Part shown: piece after piece, positions 25,165 to 29,793 of the stretch
How the letters are laid out: every line of letters begins with the position of its first letter
Numbering within the stretch: position 1 is the stretch's first letter
From: a virus
Lineage: Duplodnaviria > Caudoviricetes
Strand: one strand, 5' to 3'
IMG/VR virus record: IMGVR_UViG_3300032312_000744
Location: 1 to 29,793 of that record
DNA: 29,793 bases
Made by a program: the position numbers and the translations under genes
The notes under the pieces: generated by a model
Told to the model about the DNA's origin: nothing
Database searches by the model: none
Seen by the model: only the letters and a program-made list of their open reading frames with translations

Positions 25165-25605
25165 GCGGTTAAGACCCCGAAGCGAGTCCTCTTAGCAGCC
25201 GCGTTAGCGGTTGGACTCCTTGCAGCAACCTCCGCAGAAGCGCAAGCGCCGCATTTAAGCCAGGCACAGAAGGTAAAACAGATGTCGCCCAAGTCTTATG
25301 CGCTGATGAAAGTTGAGTCGAGGTGGCTCAATGCCAAGCGTGAGTTTGCCTGTTTAGATCTGCTGTGGCATAAAGAAAGCGGCTGGAACCACAAAGCCAG
25401 AAACCCGCATTCATCGGCCTTTGGCATTCCACAATTTCTCGACTCCACCTGGTTGAATTACAAGTATCCTTTGCGGCCTAAAGACCCGCAGGTGCAAATT
25501 GACGCGGGGCTTCGATACATTTACAAGCGTTACGAGACCCCTTGCCAAGCCTGGGAGTTTTGGAAACGCAAAGCAGGACCCGATTTAAGAGGAGGTTGGT
25601 ATTGA
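25165..25605 (+). CDS. Secreted lytic transglycosylase (SLT/lysozyme-like); true start unresolved
   Basis: CL..LW.KESGWN, SSAFGIPQ, QIDAGLRYI..RY..PC.AW. The frame is open from 25165 with a signal peptide, but the first ATG is at 25282. Confidence 0.82.
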   Translation, partial: AVKTPKRVLLAAALAVGLLAATSAEAQAPHLSQAQKVKQMSPKSYALMKVESRWLNAKREFACLDLLWHKESGWNHKARNPHSSAFGIPQFLDSTWLNYKYPLRPKDPQVQIDAGLRYIYKRYETPCQAWEFWKRKAGPDLRGGWY

Positions 25606-25694
25606 TGAGCATGGACTCTCCATTTGGCCTTCCTTTGCGAGTTGATCATCCAACCGTTGATCCCACCGAGTGGGATGACGAGGATGACGATTAA
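25605..25694 (+). CDS. 29-aa acidic micro-protein (MSMDSPFGLPLRVDHPTVDPTEWDDEDDD)
   Basis: RBS GAGGAGG; TGATG coupling. Confidence 0.55.
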   Translation: MSMDSPFGLPLRVDHPTVDPTEWDDEDDD

Positions 25695-26025
25695 GCAAAG
25701 CCTGGTCAATCTTGTTATTCAGAGAGCGGGCGGCTACTGCGAAACCTGTGGCCGACCCGCTTCTGAGTCTATGGCCCTGCACCATCGCAAGTTAAAGTCC
25801 AGGGGCGGCAAAGACTCCGCCAGCAACTTAATTTATGTCCACCACGAATGCCACAATCTTGGAACCGAGTCGATCCATTTGCGCCCTGCTTACGCAGCCG
25901 ACAAGGGGTGGATGGTTGGCTCTTGGGCCGACCCTGAAAACACGCCGATGCATTTACCTGACGGCCGCATTGTTTTATTACAAAATGACGGTAAGATTAC
26001 AGTCCTAGAGGGAGGAACAATATGA
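25684..26025 (+). CDS. HNH endonuclease
   Basis: CETCG...HHRK..SRGG....SNL...HHECH. Confidence 0.85.
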   Translation: MTIKQSLVNLVIQRAGGYCETCGRPASESMALHHRKLKSRGGKDSASNLIYVHHECHNLGTESIHLRPAYAADKGWMVGSWADPENTPMHLPDGRIVLLQNDGKITVLEGGTI

Positions 26026-26417
26026 GCATTCCAGTAACAATCAAAGGCAACTTGGGGTCTGATCCTGAATTGAAATATGTAAAAACAGCGCGTGGAGATG
26101 CGGCGCTTGTAACCTTTTCACTTGCGCACACGCCAAGAGAACGCAAAGGCGATGAATGGGTAGAGGGCGAGACGATTTGGTTCCGCATCACAACCTGGGG
26201 CGACAAAGGCGAAATTTATGTCGATGCGCTAAAGAAGGGCGACACCGTTCTTGTCCAGGGCAGCATGAAACAATCTACATTTAAGGGGCGTGATGGTGTT
26301 GATAAAACGGCTTTGGAAATCAACGCGACTGACATTGGTATCGTTCCCAAGATTATGCGCACTTCTGCATCTCGCGGTCAGGCTCAAGTTAGCAGAGCGG
26401 AAGCACCTGGATGGTAA
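26022..26417 (+). CDS. ssb: Single-stranded DNA-binding protein
   Basis: GNLGSDPELKY, WFRITTWG, LKKGDTVLVQG. Confidence 0.92.
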   Translation: MSIPVTIKGNLGSDPELKYVKTARGDAALVTFSLAHTPRERKGDEWVEGETIWFRITTWGDKGEIYVDALKKGDTVLVQGSMKQSTFKGRDGVDKTALEINATDIGIVPKIMRTSASRGQAQVSRAEAPGW

Positions 26418-26596
26418 GCGAAGGGTTGATCTCTGCCCAGGAGGTTGCCACTCGATTGAATATTACAATGAACAACCTCAGGCAGTTACAACATCGAAAG
26501 CAACTCGTGTGGGTGCAGAAAGTGGGCCGCAATGTCTATTATCTTGAACAGGATGTGGTCGCGCTCGCGGTCAAACGAAAAGGGTCTATCGAATAG
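26411..26596 (+). CDS. MerR/excisionase-like HTH protein
   Basis: ISAQEVATRLNIT..NLRQ...YY.EQDV. Confidence 0.75.
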   Translation: MVSEGLISAQEVATRLNITMNNLRQLQHRKQLVWVQKVGRNVYYLEQDVVALAVKRKGSIE

Positions 26597-26609
26597 TAGT
26601 ATCGCCACC

Positions 26610-26780
26610 ATGATTGTTATTGAAGGAGAAGTAACAGTTGCGGAGATTGACGAAGCGCTGCGCAACATTAGAGAGATGCTTGTAGATCGGTACGGCAATC
26701 GTTTATCACATCAAAAGAAAGAATTGTTGCTGAGTAGCATTGATGATTTACTTGACGCAAGGATTAATTTAACTAAGTAA
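26610..26780 (+). CDS. Hypothetical helical protein, probably leaderless
   Basis: ATG 7 nt after TAGTAT; no Shine-Dalgarno. Confidence 0.6.
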   Translation: MIVIEGEVTVAEIDEALRNIREMLVDRYGNRLSHQKKELLLSSIDDLLDARINLTK

Positions 26781-26791
26781 GAAGGCGAGCG

Positions 26792-27955
26792 ATGGAAGTA
26801 ACGAGAAGGCTGATTGCAGATTTACAACTGGACCCTGGTAACGCACGCCTACATTCCCAAAAGAACCTGGATGCGATCAAAGCAAGCCTTACAAAGTTTG
26901 GCCAGCGCAAACCAATTGTAATCACAGGCGATGGCTTGGTGCTTGCGGGCAACGGAACGCTTGAAGCGGCCAAAAGCCTCGGTTGGGATCACATCGCTGT
27001 AACTGTCACCCCAGTTGATTGGGATCTTGATACGGCACGCGCTTATGCTTTGGCAGACAACCGCACCGCTGAATTGGCGGAATGGGATGAAGCAGTCCTG
27101 GCACAGCAACTTTTGGAATTGCACGATGCAGACTTTGATATTGAAGCACTTGGTTTCGAGATGCCACAGGTAATTGAGCCTGAGCCGCTCGACGAGGATG
27201 AAATACCCGCTGAGCCTGAACCCAAGGTCAAACACGGCGACCTTTGGAAGTTGGGAGAGCATTTATTATTTTGCGGCGATGCAACCGAAGTTGGCGCTTA
27301 TGAACGCTTGTTGGGCAATGACCAAGTTGATCTAGTTTGGACCGACCCACCGTATGGCGTGTCTTATGTCGGCCAAGGAGGAATGACCATCGAGAACGAT
27401 AACTTGGACATCGGAGCGCTTGAGGAATTCTTGCGTCAATCATTCAATTCCATGGTTACTTTTACCAAGCCTGGCGCTTGTTGGTATGTGGCTGCACCCT
27501 CGGGTAACTTGTTCCAAGCCTTCAGCATCCCGCTCAGCGAATTACAAGTTTGGCGACACACGCTCGTGTGGGTAAAGGATGCCTTGGTTATGGGCAGGGC
27601 CGACTATCACTACCGCCACGAGAGCATTTTCTACGGTTGGACCCCTGGGGCCGCGCATCAAGAACCACCTGATCGCAAACAGGACTCCGTGTGGGAAGTT
27701 CCTCGGCCTCGGTCAAACAAGGAACACCCAACGATGAAGCCAATTGAATTAATTACACGCGCCATCAACAACTCATCAAGAGCCAATGACCTGGTGCTTG
27801 ACCCATTTGCGGGGAGTGGTTCAACCCTGATTGCTGCGGAACAGACAAGACGGCGTGCCAGGGTGATGGAAATTGACCCGAAGTATTGCGATGTAATCAT
27901 TGCTCGCTACGAACGAGTTACAGGTGGCAAAGCAGAACTTTTGCCTGGAAATTGA
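26792..27955 (+). CDS. ParB-like N-domain fused to an N4-C/N6-A DNA methyltransferase (beta-class motif order)
   Basis: N-terminal DPGNARLH...FGQRKPIV...LAGNG...LADNR; DPPY before HPTMKP and DPFAGSGST. Confidence 0.9.
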   Translation: MEVTRRLIADLQLDPGNARLHSQKNLDAIKASLTKFGQRKPIVITGDGLVLAGNGTLEAAKSLGWDHIAVTVTPVDWDLDTARAYALADNRTAELAEWDEAVLAQQLLELHDADFDIEALGFEMPQVIEPEPLDEDEIPAEPEPKVKHGDLWKLGEHLLFCGDATEVGAYERLLGNDQVDLVWTDPPYGVSYVGQGGMTIENDNLDIGALEEFLRQSFNSMVTFTKPGACWYVAAPSGNLFQAFSIPLSELQVWRHTLVWVKDALVMGRADYHYRHESIFYGWTPGAAHQEPPDRKQDSVWEVPRPRSNKEHPTMKPIELITRAINNSSRANDLVLDPFAGSGSTLIAAEQTRRRARVMEIDPKYCDVIIARYERVTGGKAELLPGN

Positions 27956-27962
27956 GCAAAAG

Positions 27963-28622
27963 ATGGAGGAAGCCGAGCAAAAGATTACAGTCGAGGTAAT
28001 TCAAGCACCCGAACAGACAGCCGAGGAGAAGGCTGCTGAACGAGAAGCCAAAGAACTCAAGGTCCTGGAACTACGCAGGGCGGGTTTTACTTTTCAACGG
28101 ATAGCCGAAGAGGTCGGGTACGCAACACCGTCAGGTGCGCAGCGAGCGCTGGAAAGAATTATGACGCGCAATGTTCCTCAAGCGCCCGAGGAGTTTCGCT
28201 GGCAAGAGTTAGACCGTTTGGATCGAATGCAGGTTGCTTTGTGGCCCAGGGCTATGAAAGGTGATGATCGTGCTATCGGTACGATTGTGCGTTTGATGGA
28301 AAGAAGGGCAAGATTGGTGGGGATAGATGCTCCACAGCGAATCCAAGCAGAGGTGGTGAATTATGACGGAACTAGAGACATTGACGGAGACATTGAACGC
28401 ATCGTCAATATCCTCCGAGGAGTGGATAGCAGCGAGCCGCTGGAAGTGGAAAGTGGAACAGGCGAGATCGGAACAACTGCCACCGCAGGGGAGTTGGAAG
28501 ACTTGGCTTTACATGGCGGGGCGCGGAGCGGGCAAGACGAGAACGGCAGCGGAGTGGTTGGCGTGGGAGGCGATTCAAAACCCGATGACGCGCTGGGCGA
28601 TAGTAGCCCCGACCTTCGGTGA
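27963..28622 (+). CDS. terS: Terminase small subunit (HTH)
   Basis: LELRRAGFTFQRIAEEVGY HTH; ERRARLVGIDAP; directly upstream of the large subunit. Confidence 0.75.
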   Translation: MEEAEQKITVEVIQAPEQTAEEKAAEREAKELKVLELRRAGFTFQRIAEEVGYATPSGAQRALERIMTRNVPQAPEEFRWQELDRLDRMQVALWPRAMKGDDRAIGTIVRLMERRARLVGIDAPQRIQAEVVNYDGTRDIDGDIERIVNILRGVDSSEPLEVESGTGEIGTTATAGELEDLALHGGARSGQDENGSGVVGVGGDSKPDDALGDSSPDLR

Positions 28623-29751
28623 TGCTCGAGATACCTGCGCTGAGGGCCAATCAGGGATTCTAGGCGTTCTGCGCAGATACCGAATGCTCAAGACTTGGAA
28701 CCGCAACAACGGCGAGATCATTCTCAACAACGGTTCACGAATTAAACTTTTCTCGGCCGATGAACCCGAGCGCTTCCGAGGCCCGCAACACCACGGAGCC
28801 TGGTGCGATGAGTTGGCTTCTTACCGATATTCCGATTCTTGGGACCAGTTGCAGTTTGGGCTACGCCTGGGCGAACACCCCAGGGTTATCGTTACCACCA
28901 CCCCCAAGCCAACTCCCCTCATTCGGGCCTTAGCGGGCCGCACAGACGGCTCTGTGGTGGTCACACGCGGCTCAACCTTTGATAACGCAGCCAACCTTGC
29001 CCCAGCAGCCTTGTTGGAACTCCAGGCCCGATACAACGGCACACGCCTGGGCCGCCAGGAGTTGTACGGAGAAATCCTCGAGGATGTCGAAGGCGCTCTT
29101 TGGACCAAGGGCCTGATTGAACGCGCTCGCCTTCCCAAAGCCCCACCTTTATCTCGCATCATTGTTTCAATCGACCCTGCGGTTACAAACACCAACGAAA
29201 GCGATGAAACTGGAATTCTTGTGTGCGGATCGGATGCCAACGGTCACGGTTATGTTCTCGGCGATTACTCGTTCCGTGGATCACCGCTTGATTGGGCCAG
29301 CAAAGCCGTGGCCGTATTTGATGAATGGAAAGCCGACAGCATTTTGGTTGAAGTTAACCAAGGCGGCGACATGGTTAGCGCTGTGTTAAAGCAGGTGCGC
29401 CTGGGCTTACCAATCCGTGAAATCCGCGCCCATGTTGGAAAGCGTCTGCGTGCAGAACCAGTTGCCGCAATGTATGAGCAAGGCCGTATTCACCACATTG
29501 GTGAGTTCCCCTTGCTCGAGGATCAGATGACAATATGGACACCGCAAGATGCAAAGTCGCCTGATCGCATCGATGCAATGGTTCAGGCTTTCTCTGATTT
29601 ACTTGGCAGAGCCAGCATTTCATCTTACTTTGGTGCACTCGCAAACTTCTGTCCAGGTTGTGGGTTGCCGATGCCAAAAGCAATGTCGCATTGTTCTAAG
29701 TGTGGAAGCGCTATGATTGCGCCTACTCAATCTGAAGTGGCCGAGGAGTGA
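28363..29751 (+). CDS. terL: Terminase large subunit with C-terminal Zn-ribbon
   Basis: Walker A AGRGAGKT, Walker B WCDE, TTTP, nuclease IDPA...DETG, SPDRIDA. Confidence 0.93.
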   Translation: MTELETLTETLNASSISSEEWIAASRWKWKVEQARSEQLPPQGSWKTWLYMAGRGAGKTRTAAEWLAWEAIQNPMTRWAIVAPTFGDARDTCAEGQSGILGVLRRYRMLKTWNRNNGEIILNNGSRIKLFSADEPERFRGPQHHGAWCDELASYRYSDSWDQLQFGLRLGEHPRVIVTTTPKPTPLIRALAGRTDGSVVVTRGSTFDNAANLAPAALLELQARYNGTRLGRQELYGEILEDVEGALWTKGLIERARLPKAPPLSRIIVSIDPAVTNTNESDETGILVCGSDANGHGYVLGDYSFRGSPLDWASKAVAVFDEWKADSILVEVNQGGDMVSAVLKQVRLGLPIREIRAHVGKRLRAEPVAAMYEQGRIHHIGEFPLLEDQMTIWTPQDAKSPDRIDAMVQAFSDLLGRASISSYFGALANFCPGCGLPMPKAMSHCSKCGSAMIAPTQSEVAEE

Positions 29752-29752
29752 A

Positions 29753-29793
29753 ATGTCTGTCGTTTATAACACCGTAATCAACCAAGGCGCTAA
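29753..29793 (+). CDS. Start of the next gene (MSVVYNTVINQGA...), truncated; likely structural
   Basis: RBS GAGGAG; open to the window end. Confidence 0.5.
   Translation, partial: MSVVYNTVINQGA

Noticed and set aside
448-29683. Numerous short antisense and alternate-frame ORFs in the track (e.g. 6234..6596, 19095..19532, 26849..27262, 28821..29240)
   Set aside because: They lie opposite or within well-supported genes and lack recognisable motifs; shadow ORFs.
1-29793. Genome-wide stop-codon reassignment
   Set aside because: Core genes are intact in the standard bacterial code, and TAA, TAG and TGA all end genes at sensible positions.
1-29793. tRNA genes, integrase/att site, introns or inteins
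   Set aside because: Intergenic gaps are short with no cloverleaf recognised, no recombinase motif was seen, and terminase and capsid show no splicing-element motifs. This was checked by eye only.

Overview
This window holds most of the genome of a tailed dsDNA phage with a siphovirus-type non-contractile tail. The host is probably an actinobacterium, inferred from WhiB, a Cas4-like nuclease, an r1t-like holin and apparently leaderless genes. The window opens inside the major capsid gene and continues through neck, tail tube, a tail-assembly chaperone with a -1 frameshift, tape measure, distal tail, a modular fibre/glycine-rich adhesin cassette and baseplate genes. A five-gene lysis cassette (CHAP endolysin) follows, then a DUF6378-like/metallophosphoesterase module and two short minus-strand genes. 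Next come recombination and replication genes (Rad52-like annealase, Cas4-like exonuclease, WhiB, an iteron-containing initiator, RusA), a cluster of very small Cys-rich genes, a secreted lytic transglycosylase, HNH, SSB, a ParB-methyltransferase and both terminase subunits. No portal, integrase, DNA polymerase, tRNA or CRISPR array was recognised. The most unusual signals are non-coding or translational: (i) a transglycosylase signal peptide with no start codon, in frame behind the TAA of a Zn-finger mini-ORF and overlaid by a possible pseudoknot; (ii) a pseudoknot-capable RNA with a decoy Shine-Dalgarno before the chaperone gene; (iii) an identical 19-nt GAAA-hairpin leader on two early operons; (iv) tandem palindromic operators and a perfect DnaA box. 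All calls come from reading motifs and synteny by eye; no searches or folding programs were run.
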